NCBI GenBank assembly: GCA_038841535.1
Contig: JAWBTQ010000003.1
Coordinates: forward strand, 91,174 to 155,173
From: Sulfolobales archaeon
GTDB taxonomy: Archaea > Thermoproteota > Thermoprotei_A > Sulfolobales > NBVN01
Length of the DNA: 64,000 bases
Reading direction: 5' to 3'
A program made the position numbers and the translations under genes. Positions 1 to 7,919 of this stretch are shown one piece after another. The notes under the pieces are model-generated. The model was not told the DNA's origin. It did no database searches and saw only the letters and a list, made by a program, of their open reading frames with translations. How positions within the stretch are numbered: position 1 is the stretch's first letter; every line of letters begins with the position of its first letter.

Positions 1-326
1 GGACCCGTGCCAACGATCGATACGTCCTCTACGTAGGGGTCGTCTAAGAGCACCTGAAGCTTCTTATACTTGAGCTCCCGACTTACTACGTATGTAACGA
101 GTTCTGGGTCGTAGTCCTTGAGGTATGTGAGTACTGCTTTAGCGACATCATAAATACTTACACTTTTCTGAGGGCCTACGAACTCTAGAGCTTTACCTAC
201 TAGTCTGGCTATAGTTTCATATTTTTCTGGGTCGATATCGTTAACTAGGTAGTAGTAGTTTCCGGAAAGGTCTTTGACTATACTAATAGAAGAAAGTCCT
301 ACGTTATAGCTAAGTAAAACCTCCAA
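1..326 (-). CDS. Type II/IV secretion (type IV pilus assembly) ATPase, N-terminal part, truncated by window edge
   Basis: Manual translation from TTG at 326: MEVLLSYNVG...KLQVLLDDPYVEDVSIVGTG. LLDDPxVEDxS is typical of TadA/FlaI/VirB11 ATPases; gene lies directly downstream of a pilin. Not in the ORF track. Confidence 0.75.
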   Translation of the reverse strand, partial: MEVLLSYNVGLSSISIVKDLSGNYYYLVNDIDPEKYETIARLVGKALEFVGPQKSVSIYDVAKAVLTYLKDYDPELVTYVVSRELKYKKLQVLLDDPYVEDVSIVGTG

Positions 327-364
327 TGAAAAACACCTTGAGTATTTCGAGTTAGAGAACTTGT

Positions 365-826
365 TTACCCTAAGTTTATCGGTATTTCTATCTGTTTATT
401 AGTGGCTACCTCACTCGCTACTACTATAAGACCCCTGACTCTAGTAGTCCCACTAGAAACAGCTATAACGAAGATCTTTTCACTACCTGGCTCTAGGGTC
501 ACCTGCTCATTACTTAACGCATTGCGTGCCTCGACTACGGTTCCATTTGTTAATATAGCCTTAAACTCAGTCACTTTGTATGATGTCTGACCTTGGTTTC
601 GTAGACCGACCGTGATAACTTCTTCACCGTTAGTGTAGGTTCTGCTGACTAGATACCCACTAAGAGGCTGAACTATGTTCATGTTTTCAAGACTTCCCGC
701 TCTACTGGACAACCAGCCTTGGACCACCATTACTATAGGGATCACTATAGCAACCAAGGCTAGTATAATCACCAACTCACTTATTCCCCTCCTCAACTTT
801 TTACGTACCAACATGTCGGCTCCCAA
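365..826 (-). CDS. Archaeal type IV pilin-like protein (class III signal peptide)
   Basis: RKKLRRG|ISELVIILALVAIVIPIV: basic leader, RG cleavage site, hydrophobic helix; GGAGG SD upstream of TTG. Confidence 0.8.
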   Translation of the reverse strand: MGADMLVRKKLRRGISELVIILALVAIVIPIVMVVQGWLSSRAGSLENMNIVQPLSGYLVSRTYTNGEEVITVGLRNQGQTSYKVTEFKAILTNGTVVEARNALSNEQVTLEPGSEKIFVIAVSSGTTRVRGLIVVASEVATNKQIEIPINLG

Positions 827-1086
827 TAGGAAACCTCCTTAAAAAGTGTCTCAGCACCGATCAGTATTAGCCTTCGTCTATAATATCCTAATAATAGGGC
901 GGTACTAACAGGGCCTGTAACCAGGTTGATTCACATAGACAATCAAGAGGTAGATATTGACATAAATACTGATTCCCCCTATTCTATTATTCTCCATAGA
1001 TTAGATTGTCTCGACGGTAGATGCGATACCTGATTGATCTTACTACTTAAAAGTATGCCGTATTTAAAGGTAACTAAGGGTCTGAC

Positions 1087-1395
1087 ATGAATAGGGTTAA
1101 AAAACTGTTAGATAGCATGTACGCAAAGCTTTTCACTCCTGGAGATATAGTGGCAGCTACAGGATTACCTAGGTACGAAGTTCTTGCTGCTTTACACGTC
1201 CTAGAAGAACTCGGAATTATAGAGCTCGTGATATCTAAAGGAAACTATAAGGTGTATCGGCTAACTAAACTCGGTGAGAAGCTGTATAAAGCTCTTGAGT
1301 TAAGCGAAAGCCCCCTACTGAGTGTAGAGCTTAGTGCAGGAGCTCCTCAAGGAGAAAACAGCTCCGCGAGCTTAGTAACAGAAAGTAGTAGCTGA
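1087..1395 (+). CDS. Winged helix-turn-helix transcriptional regulator
   Basis: FTPGDIVAATGLPRYEVLAALHVLEELGIIE...VYRLTKLG wHTH pattern. Confidence 0.7.
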   Translation: MNRVKKLLDSMYAKLFTPGDIVAATGLPRYEVLAALHVLEELGIIELVISKGNYKVYRLTKLGEKLYKALELSESPLLSVELSAGAPQGENSSASLVTESSS

Positions 1396-1538
1396 TTCCA
1401 CGCTTAACTAATTCACAATACAGGAGAGTTCACAAAGCAGCACATACTCATACACCACGTCTAAGACACACTTATATCGATTTCACGCACGCTGTGAAAT
1501 AAACCACGAGGTTCTAAATCCAGTGCTCCCCTATTTTA

Positions 1539-1600
1539 GTGACCTCCTCCCAGCCCTAAGAGACGAGGGCTTCCTTCAACCGGTTCACTGGTCTACGGCT
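1539..1600 (-). mobile_element. IS200/IS605-type right-end remnant (no ORF)
   Basis: Minus strand GTGAACCGGTTGAAGGAAGCCCTCGTCTCTTAGGGCTGGGAGGAGGTCAC resembles archaeal IS605/IS1341 right-end hairpins (recalled consensus); related copy at 47020-47049. Confidence 0.6.
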
Positions 1601-1963
1601 CACTGTCATTGTCCTCACTACTTCAGTGCTATTGAACGCAACATGAGCTTACTCCTCTATGTTAGCAGACACTGTCTATAGGACAAAGTGGATTGTTTTC
1701 TTCCCGACCTCTCTGTGGAATGTTCGTAGGCTTTCTACTCACTTGCTTGTGTTAGCGTACTCAGTTTGCTGCGTGATTCTGAGTGGTGATCTAAGCTACC
1801 CGGAGTATGAGTCGATCGACCTAGATGGGGCCTCGTTCCATCGGGCTCGAAAGCCACTCACGAACTCACGTGGATATAGAGGTCTGAGTGAGTAGTGTGG
1901 AAGTCTCTAAACACTAAAGAACACCAAAATAGCGAATACCCGAGGACAAACGGTTGCTCGCTA

Positions 1964-2182
1964 CTAGGACTTGACTAGAAGTTCTTGAAGTATTCTGATA
2001 TTCCACTCATGACAGGACCTCCTCCTCACATCTATCGGAATTCCCATAGACTTGGCTTTCTCGATATTGAGACCAGCTTTCTTAATCTCACTCACACTAA
2101 AACCACGACCGTAGCGGAGATTCTTGCTTATTCCTCTATTTTTTAGTAGGATAGGAGGTTTAACGTAGGGTTCTACCTTCAC
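1964..2182 (-). CDS. rpl13e: 50S ribosomal protein L13e
   Basis: RYGRGFSVSEIKKAGL...IPIDVRRRS signature. Confidence 0.93.
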   Translation of the reverse strand: MKVEPYVKPPILLKNRGISKNLRYGRGFSVSEIKKAGLNIEKAKSMGIPIDVRRRSCHEWNIRILQELLVKS

Positions 2183-2271
2183 GTTGCGTCCCTACATATG
2201 CCTTACAGTCTAGATAAAAGCTTTAGTTGACTGCTTAAATCATTCGAAAAAGGTATTTTGAGGGAACTTCG

Positions 2272-3234
2272 ATCAGGCAGTGCGATATATGTGGTGAGAC
2301 TGGAGCCAGAATTGTACAGAAACATACCAGAAGGGCTTTTTGCGACAAGTGCTTTAGAGAGGACTTACTCAAAAGACTCAAAGACGAGGTACTTAGGTAT
2401 AACATGTTTACTCCCGGCGAGAGTGTACTTCTAGCTCTCTCGGGGGGAAAGGATAGTTACGTACTCTTAGACCTCATCAGAGAAGTACATGACGTGAGTA
2501 AAATAGGTGTGGTAACGATAGTAGAGGGAGTAGAGGGGTATAATAGAGTAGATGACGTGGCTTGGATAGTGGACATCACCAGAAGCTACGGTATAGACCT
2601 ACATCTAACGTCTTTTAAAGAGTTCGTAGGGCTCAGTCTCGATGAGCTAGTCTCGCTAGATAGGTCTAGAGAAGTGAGGGCTAGTCCCTGCACTTACTGT
2701 GGTGTACTAAGAAGAAGGATAATCAATTATTACGCTAGAACCTTAGGCTACGATAAGGTGCTAACAGCACATAACCTAGATGACGAAGTTCAGACTTACA
2801 TAATGAATCTACTCAGAGGCGATAGAGGAAGACTGGTCCAGAACCATCCTATGAGTTCTACTCTAAGTAGATACTTCGTTAAAAGAGTTAAGCCCCTTAG
2901 AAAGATATATGAATGGGAGACAGCAACTTACGCCTTTATGAGAGGATACAAGTTTCAGGTAACGGAGTGTCCATATATAAGATTCAGACCGACCTTGAGA
3001 GCTATAATACGTGACTACCTTTACGAAGTCGAGCAACTGAAACCGGGTTCTCTCATTAAAATACTTGAGGCAGTAGATAGGTATATTGAGACGGAGCTAC
3101 TGAGGTGGGTATCGCAACTAAGTGAGTTGCCGCAATGCTCGATATGTGGATCTCCTACAGCTTATGGTAGAAGCATGTGTGTAATATGTGACTTACTAAG
3201 AAAGATCGGGGTCACCACTCGACTACCTTTTTAA
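2272..3234 (+). CDS. tRNA 2-thiolation protein (TtuA/NcsA/Ctu1 family)
   Basis: PP-loop SGGKDS, CxxC (PCTYC), HNLDD, C-terminal Zn finger. In-frame N-terminal Zn finger (CDIC...CDKC) lies upstream of the tracked ATG 2404; start inferred at ATC 2272. Confidence 0.85.
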   Translation: MRQCDICGETGARIVQKHTRRAFCDKCFREDLLKRLKDEVLRYNMFTPGESVLLALSGGKDSYVLLDLIREVHDVSKIGVVTIVEGVEGYNRVDDVAWIVDITRSYGIDLHLTSFKEFVGLSLDELVSLDRSREVRASPCTYCGVLRRRIINYYARTLGYDKVLTAHNLDDEVQTYIMNLLRGDRGRLVQNHPMSSTLSRYFVKRVKPLRKIYEWETATYAFMRGYKFQVTECPYIRFRPTLRAIIRDYLYEVEQLKPGSLIKILEAVDRYIETELLRWVSQLSELPQCSICGSPTAYGRSMCVICDLLRKIGVTTRLPF

Positions 3235-3293
3235 TGCGGGCATAGCTCGTACCGCACTACTTCACTAGTAATGAGCAGAAGCCACGACATTCC

Positions 3294-5117
3294 CTACGAC
3301 TCCCTCTCATCCTCAGCGGGCTTAGTGTAGTAGTACTCCCCAACGCTCTTGAGGTACCTGTCTAGGTAGGAATCAGGCTTGTTGACCCTTGGTCTCCCGG
3401 TTTTTACGTCTCGCCTAAAGGTTACTTCGAGCTCTTTAAGAAGCATATTCATTCCTTTTCTCACGTCTACAGGTCCGATGCTCTGCCCACTAATTCCCGG
3501 CTCGCCCGAGAAGACTATAAGTCTGTCGGATATGTAGTCTATTAACATGAGGTCGTGGTCTATGACTAAGCACGCAGTTTTCCTTCCCTCGATTATCTTC
3601 CTAATAGCTTTTGCTACAGCCAGCCTCTCATCTACATCAAGAAAGGCTGAAGGCTCGTCGAGAACGTAGAGCTCCGAGTCTCTAGCTAGAGCTATAGCTA
3701 TCGAGAACTTCTGTAACTCACCACCACTTAGCTCCTTTATCCTCTTTTCTTTAAGCTTATGTAGCTTGAACTTTCTAATCACCTCCTCCGTAAACCACTC
3801 GCTTGAAGCTATTCCGTCTTTTGCCACGCTCTCTAGAGCATCACCTACGTACTCCCATGGAAATGTCTCTCCCTTAATGTACTGAGGCTTATAGGATATT
3901 CTTAACCCTCTGAACGGGACGTAACCGTAGTCTGGCTCGATTTCACCGACTATTAGGCGGGCAAAGGTGGTTTTACCTATTCCGTTAGGACCTACGACTC
4001 CTACAACCTCTCCTACTCTCATCTCTCCCTGACCAGCGCGTAAAGTAAAGCTGTCTAGTACTTTAATCATATCTGACCACGTTAAGTATATCTGCTTGTA
4101 ACCTAACTCCACTACACGCTGTTCAGGTTTCGTATTGAAGACTACAGGCTCCGGACGTATCCTCATGTTCTCTGCAGGCAAATATCCATTAAGGAAGTGA
4201 TTAACTCCTGAACCTACGGAATATACTCTAGAGTATATTCCGTAAACTCCGGGCTCACCGTATACGACAGAGACGAGGTCTGCGATGTAGTCTACCATGG
4301 CCAGGTCGTGCTCGACAACAATAGTGTATGCCTTACTCGGTACGTACCTTCTTATAGCTCTACTTACCCTTAGCCTCTCTCTAACATCTAGGTAACTAGC
4401 GGGCTCGTCGAATACATAGACATCAGCATCCCGAAGAAGTGCAGCTATTACTGCTACTTTCTGCAGCTCTCCACCACTTAGTGTGGATATCTTCTTTTCC
4501 ATCAGGGGCTCGGCATCAAGAACCTTCATAAGCTCCCCCAAAATACCTCTCTCATCTATTCTCTCAAGCACCTCTTTAGCGTACCCTTTGATGTAAGCTC
4601 TTATCATATCGACATGCTGTATCTTGTGTACAACCCTAATTCTCCTATTTACTAGTTTTGAAAGGTAATTATGGAGTTCTGAACCCCTAAAAAACCTGAG
4701 AGCCTCTTCCCAGCTAGGCTTGGAGTCGACCATGCCTAAGTTCGGAACGAGTTCACCAGCGAGTATCCTAAGTGCCGTCGTCTTGCCTATGCCGTTTCTG
4801 CCAATAACTCCGACTACTTTACCCTCGTGTGGTATTGGTAGCCCGTATAGCTTGAAAGCGTTTAGTCCATACCTGTGAACAACGTGTTTTTCTAGCTCGT
4901 CCGGTAGGTTTACTACAGTAATAGCCTGAAATGGGCACTTCTTAACGCAGATCCCGCACCCTACGCACGCGTCTTCGTATATTACCGCTTTACCCGGGTC
5001 CTGCGGAACCTCTATAGCTTTTTTTCCGATCCTGTTGATTGGACAGAACCTGACGCACTCCAGCTGGCATTTTCTTGGGTTACACAAGTCTCTCTCAATA
5101 GACGCTACTCGAACCAA
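3294..5117 (-). CDS. rli1: Ribosome recycling ATPase ABCE1/Rli1
   Basis: N-terminal FeS cysteines, two ABC domains (LSGGELQ twice), C-terminal TFRRD...GRPRVNK. Confidence 0.96.
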   Translation of the reverse strand: MVRVASIERDLCNPRKCQLECVRFCPINRIGKKAIEVPQDPGKAVIYEDACVGCGICVKKCPFQAITVVNLPDELEKHVVHRYGLNAFKLYGLPIPHEGKVVGVIGRNGIGKTTALRILAGELVPNLGMVDSKPSWEEALRFFRGSELHNYLSKLVNRRIRVVHKIQHVDMIRAYIKGYAKEVLERIDERGILGELMKVLDAEPLMEKKISTLSGGELQKVAVIAALLRDADVYVFDEPASYLDVRERLRVSRAIRRYVPSKAYTIVVEHDLAMVDYIADLVSVVYGEPGVYGIYSRVYSVGSGVNHFLNGYLPAENMRIRPEPVVFNTKPEQRVVELGYKQIYLTWSDMIKVLDSFTLRAGQGEMRVGEVVGVVGPNGIGKTTFARLIVGEIEPDYGYVPFRGLRISYKPQYIKGETFPWEYVGDALESVAKDGIASSEWFTEEVIRKFKLHKLKEKRIKELSGGELQKFSIAIALARDSELYVLDEPSAFLDVDERLAVAKAIRKIIEGRKTACLVIDHDLMLIDYISDRLIVFSGEPGISGQSIGPVDVRKGMNMLLKELEVTFRRDVKTGRPRVNKPDSYLDRYLKSVGEYYYTKPAEDERES

Positions 5118-5211
5118 TAAACCACCCCGCAGTAGCTAGAAAAACCGATACAGCCTGTGTAGTAGAGGTAGAGATCTAAACTTAAAAACAGCTTACATAG
5201 GGAGAACGGAG

Positions 5212-5298
5212 TTACTCTTCCTCTTCTTCCCACTCTTCCTCTTCTTCCTCCTCCCACCACTCTTCCTCTTCTTCCCACCACTCTTCTTCCTCGAACAT
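5212..5298 (-). CDS. 28-aa Glu/Trp-rich acidic micropeptide
   Basis: ATG...TAA frame MFEEEEWWEEEEEWWEEEEEEEWEEEEE; GAGTGA SD 6 nt upstream; BRE/TATA-like element at 5332-5344. Confidence 0.7.
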   Translation of the reverse strand: MFEEEEWWEEEEEWWEEEEEEEWEEEEE

Positions 5299-5331
5299 AG
5301 GTGGTCACTCAACTAACCCCTCTAGTTAAAT

Positions 5332-5344
5332 CTTATAAGTTTTT
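5332..5344 (-). promoter_or_regulatory. Putative BRE/TATA promoter for the acidic micropeptide (possibly also rli1)
   Basis: Minus strand AAAAACTTATAAG about 35 nt upstream of ATG 5298. Confidence 0.55.
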
Positions 5345-5356
5345 AGGGTGAAGCAG

Positions 5357-6109
5357 CTATGAGAGGATCCTGAGAATTCCGGAAGCGAGTCTGCTTATCG
5401 CTTCATCAGGCGCTTTCTCGGGTTCAGCTGGGGAGTTACAGCAACTAGCGATAGCGCGTAAAAAGATGTCTTCAGTTTCGGTAGCTCCCGGTAAACAGGC
5501 GTGTATAGCAACGTATTCTTCTGTCCGCCCACTCTTGATAAGATTGAGCACACTGCCTATCTGCCTGTCCCCAAAGTAGTAAAGCAGAAACTCCAAGGAC
5601 TTCTTCTTACTCACGTTAAGTCCGAGCTCCATAGAGCGCAGTGCTAAGTAAGCTACTAAAGCTGAATAGCTAGCTCCGTAATAATACCTCCTTGGTACTA
5701 CTTGAGCTACACACTCAGAGTTAACCATGTCCACATAACCAAGCAACTTCTCTGCAAGGTTTTCATCAACTAGGCACGCAATAACCTTTATCGAGCTTAT
5801 TTGGCTCAGATACTCCTCTAAAGGCTTAGCCGACCCGCCATGACTTATGGGAAGCAGCTGTATCAAGTCTCCGTCTCTCATTATGTAATCGTATCCGCCA
5901 AGAAGCTCGTAGTCCACCTCGTTAATAAACAGCATAAAGTAGGGCTTGAGTTGTCCGTCGAGGTTTATGGCTTCTCGAAGCCCTGGGACCTTCGAGGAGG
6001 TTATGGAGAGCACTTCCCTTAAGGTAGAACCTTCAGGAACTTCCATAATCACGTCTTTTGATCCGACTAGGTTCCTCAAAAACCCGTAGAGCTCTATTCT
6101 AACTTTCAT
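5357..6109 (-). CDS. Ubiquitin-like MoaD/Urm1/SAMP domain fused to a KEOPS Cgi121-like domain
   Basis: Beta-grasp N-terminus ending LLPISHGG; C-terminal SLEFLLYYFGDRQI resembles the Cgi121 motif. Confidence 0.75.
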   Translation of the reverse strand: MKVRIELYGFLRNLVGSKDVIMEVPEGSTLREVLSITSSKVPGLREAINLDGQLKPYFMLFINEVDYELLGGYDYIMRDGDLIQLLPISHGGSAKPLEEYLSQISSIKVIACLVDENLAEKLLGYVDMVNSECVAQVVPRRYYYGASYSALVAYLALRSMELGLNVSKKKSLEFLLYYFGDRQIGSVLNLIKSGRTEEYVAIHACLPGATETEDIFLRAIASCCNSPAEPEKAPDEAISRLASGILRILS

Positions 6110-6332
6110 CCGAAACCTCCGCTTCTTGAGGAAGAACCTCTACTTTCTTAGATAACTTAACAAGACGCGTTAAGTAGCCAGCTATCTGATTCCTAAGCTT
6201 CTTAGATTTAACGTCTAGATACCTAGATACTACCTCCTTGTTTTTCTCGAAGTCTTCTGAGACCTCACCTGGATATAGCTCCACTAGCTTCCTCGCAGTC
6301 CTCTTGATCAGCGATGTGTACACCTTACCCAT
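6099..6332 (-). CDS. rps17e: 30S ribosomal protein S17e
   Basis: MGKVYTSLIKRTA...DFEKNK...SKKLRNQIAGYLTR. Confidence 0.96.
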   Translation of the reverse strand: MGKVYTSLIKRTARKLVELYPGEVSEDFEKNKEVVSRYLDVKSKKLRNQIAGYLTRLVKLSKKVEVLPQEAEVSDES

Positions 6333-6596
6333 ACTTCCGACTACCCAAATAGCTTATAGCAACAAGTTTTTAAGCTAAACCCGTTAGTGGGGTAGGAAGA
6401 ACCATAAACGTTGGCTAAGTAGTACGCGAACACTTTTCTTCATATACTTTGATTGTCTAAGAGTGTGTGGAGGCGGTATTCGCTGGTGATGCTCTGTAAA
6501 ACCGTGGAGTAGATGAGTCGACTAGCGTGTGAGCTGTTTTGCACCTATTTCGCGGTTAATAGTTCTTGCTTCCCCTATTCAGCGGTGTAGTGTGTA

Positions 6597-7919
6597 GTGG
6601 TTAACATAAAACCTGGAGATTTGATCAGAGTAATCACTAGCGGGGGGTTAGTAGTAGAGGGGGTAGTACTGCCGTCAACGGAGTTTACATCTGAGAGACA
6701 CGTAGTGCTGAAGCTTTTAAATGGCTATAATATCGGTGTATCTTTAGAGAACGCCGTTGTCGAAGTTATAGCAGAAGATTACTTAAAGCCAGGATCTCTC
6801 GAGGGACCGCAGGGAGTCACCGTGATCAAGGGTGGGGGACGGCTTAGAATAGCCTTCGTTAGCACTGGTGGAACTATTGTGAGTAAGGTTGAGTATGAAA
6901 CAGGTGCGGTTAAGCCCGCACTAAACGCTGGTGACTTAGTGGAGTTTGTGCCAGAGTTGCGAGAGCTAGCTGAAGAGATAGTAGTCTCAGACTTTATGAG
7001 AAAACTAAGTGAAAACATGACACCTGAGGACTGGTCTCGCATATCAGAAGAGGTTAGTAAGTATCTGAGGTCTGGGGCAGATGGAGTAATTGTTGCTCAC
7101 GGAACTGATACCATGGCGTACACAGCTGCGGCACTAGCTTTTTCCCTCAGAAACCTTGGGAACCCTGTGGTTTTAGTTGGTGCCCAACGGAGTAGTGATA
7201 GACCAAGTACTGATGCTTCTTACAATCTCAAGGCGTGCCCAGTAATCGTTAAAGAAGCCCCGTTTGCTGAAGTAGTTGTAGCTATGCATGGAAGTAGCGA
7301 CGATGTCTATGTACTTGCCCACAGAGGTGTTCGAGTTAGGAAGATGCACTCGAGTAGAAGAGACGCTTTTCAGTCAATAAACGACCTGCCTCTTGCTAAA
7401 GTTTACGTTAGAGAGAAAAGGCTTGAAGTAATAAATAAAAGCTATTTACCTAGGACTAGGAGTTCCGAAGTACTCTTAATGAACAAGTTCAGTAGTAAAG
7501 TAGCCCTTCTTAAGCATTATCCAGGGATAAACTGCGAGATCATAGACTACTTCGTAGACAAGGGTTACAGAGGGATAGTAATCGAAGGCACAGGATTGGG
7601 TCACATTAGGGAAGAATGTGTAGATAGAATTAAGAGAGCTACAGAGGAAGGCGTTATCGTAGCTATGTCTACTCAAACAATATTTGGACGCGTAGACCTC
7701 GATGTCTATACGACTGGTAGAAAGCTCCTTAAGGCCGGGGTGGTGCCTACTAACGATATGCTACCTGAAGTAGCTTTCGTGAAGCTCTCATGGCTTTTAG
7801 GAAACTACCCCGGGGAAGATCCTGCTGAAATAGGCTCTAGACTCATCACGAACTTTGTTAACGAAATAGGTGGGGTTCAAAGTCTATCAGTTTTTCCGAG
7901 GTGGCACCATGGAAATTGA
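6597..7919 (+). CDS. gatD: Glu-tRNA(Gln) amidotransferase subunit D
   Basis: Asparaginase motifs STGGTI, HGTDT, GAQRSSDRPS, RKMHSSRRDAF. Confidence 0.95.
   Translation: MVNIKPGDLIRVITSGGLVVEGVVLPSTEFTSERHVVLKLLNGYNIGVSLENAVVEVIAEDYLKPGSLEGPQGVTVIKGGGRLRIAFVSTGGTIVSKVEYETGAVKPALNAGDLVEFVPELRELAEEIVVSDFMRKLSENMTPEDWSRISEEVSKYLRSGADGVIVAHGTDTMAYTAAALAFSLRNLGNPVVLVGAQRSSDRPSTDASYNLKACPVIVKEAPFAEVVVAMHGSSDDVYVLAHRGVRVRKMHSSRRDAFQSINDLPLAKVYVREKRLEVINKSYLPRTRSSEVLLMNKFSSKVALLKHYPGINCEIIDYFVDKGYRGIVIEGTGLGHIREECVDRIKRATEEGVIVAMSTQTIFGRVDLDVYTTGRKLLKAGVVPTNDMLPEVAFVKLSWLLGNYPGEDPAEIGSRLITNFVNEIGGVQSLSVFPRWHHGN

Noticed and set aside
1659-1895. Tracked 78-aa ORF near the IS-end remnant
   Set aside because: No motifs or clear SD; likely spurious.
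5212-5298. Tandem CTCTTC repeats as CRISPR array or microsatellite
   Set aside because: No repeat-spacer structure; explained by Glu codons. No CRISPR array or cas gene was seen in the window.
5105-5308. Tracked 67-aa Arg/Gly/Val-rich ORF
   Set aside because: Alternate frame of the GAA/GAG/TGG repeat; the Glu/Trp frame has an ATG, an SD and synonymous variation.
6485-6536. C/D-box-like spacing GTGATGC...TGGA...AGATGA...GTGA
   Set aside because: All four boxes are degenerate and I could identify no target.
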